Source: Thermoanaerobaculia bacterium
GTDB lineage: Bacteria; Acidobacteriota; Thermoanaerobaculia; Multivoradales; Multivoraceae
Assembly (NCBI GenBank): GCA_963666565.1
Contig: OY762911.1
Span: 2,176,001-2,240,000 of the forward strand
Length of the DNA stretch: 64,000 nt
Direction: 5' to 3'
A program made the translations under genes and the position numbers. Each line of letters opens with the position of its first letter. Positions within the stretch are counted from its first letter, which is position 1. This document shows positions 63,845-64,000 of the stretch, in pieces. The notes under the pieces are model-generated. The model searched no databases. It was given only the letters and a program-made list of their open reading frames with translations, and was not told the DNA's origin.

Positions 63845-64000
63845 CTAGGCACGGCTGCGCACCCGATCTGCGGCCTGAAGGCGCCTGGACACGACGGTCC
63901 CGGCCGGTTCGACCCGTACGCGCACTCCGTACTCGGGCTCGCCGGAGTCGGGGTCCAGCGACCAGGGCAGGAGTTCCATGCACTCCGGCCAGTGGGCCTC
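63845..64000 (-). CDS. C-terminal fragment of a probable FdhF/YdeP-type molybdopterin oxidoreductase (continues beyond the window)
   Basis: 'EAHWPEC.ELL....DPDSGEPEY...VRVE'. Lies upstream of fdhD. Confidence 0.55.
   Translation of the reverse strand, partial: EAHWPECMELLPWSLDPDSGEPEYGVRVRVEPAGTVVSRRLQAADRVRSRA

Overview
High-GC bacterial window. An Acidobacteriota-like origin is inferred only from the gene repertoire (Oar-type TonB receptor, sulfatase-TPR lipoprotein, Sel1 protein). The backbone is metabolic: DUF35/thiolase pair, class III aminotransferase, peptidases, SDRs, metY, a two-component system, an ilvE-ilvB-ilvN-ilvC-leuA-leuC-leuD-leuB operon with a leader-peptide attenuator, cimA, gcvP, gdh and fdhD. 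Two accessory regions stand out. (1) An ~8.1 kb integrase-less defence island (2480-10610) is flanked by a 25-bp direct repeat that belongs to a duplicated, synonymously recoded 3' end of the aminotransferase gene. It carries a TIR - small membrane protein - TIR cassette (Thoeris-like but with no recognisable ThsA), a chimeric res-tail/thiolase-tail scar, a HEPN (RxxxxH) gene and a type III R-M system. (2) The region ~15.5-20.4 kb holds an HTH-degenerate HAD fusion, a Sel1-TM-Zn-ribbon protein and an ~1.87 kb IS-like element with no terminal inverted repeats, CTAA/CTAG ends, a non-DDE ORF and a highly structured ~175-nt 5' leader. Two families of dispersed palindromic repeats occur in intergenic regions, and a translationally coupled mini-ORF that duplicates the leuC end lies between leuC and leuD. 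I saw no CRISPR array, rRNA or tRNA. Family assignments come from motif recognition only; no database searches were run.
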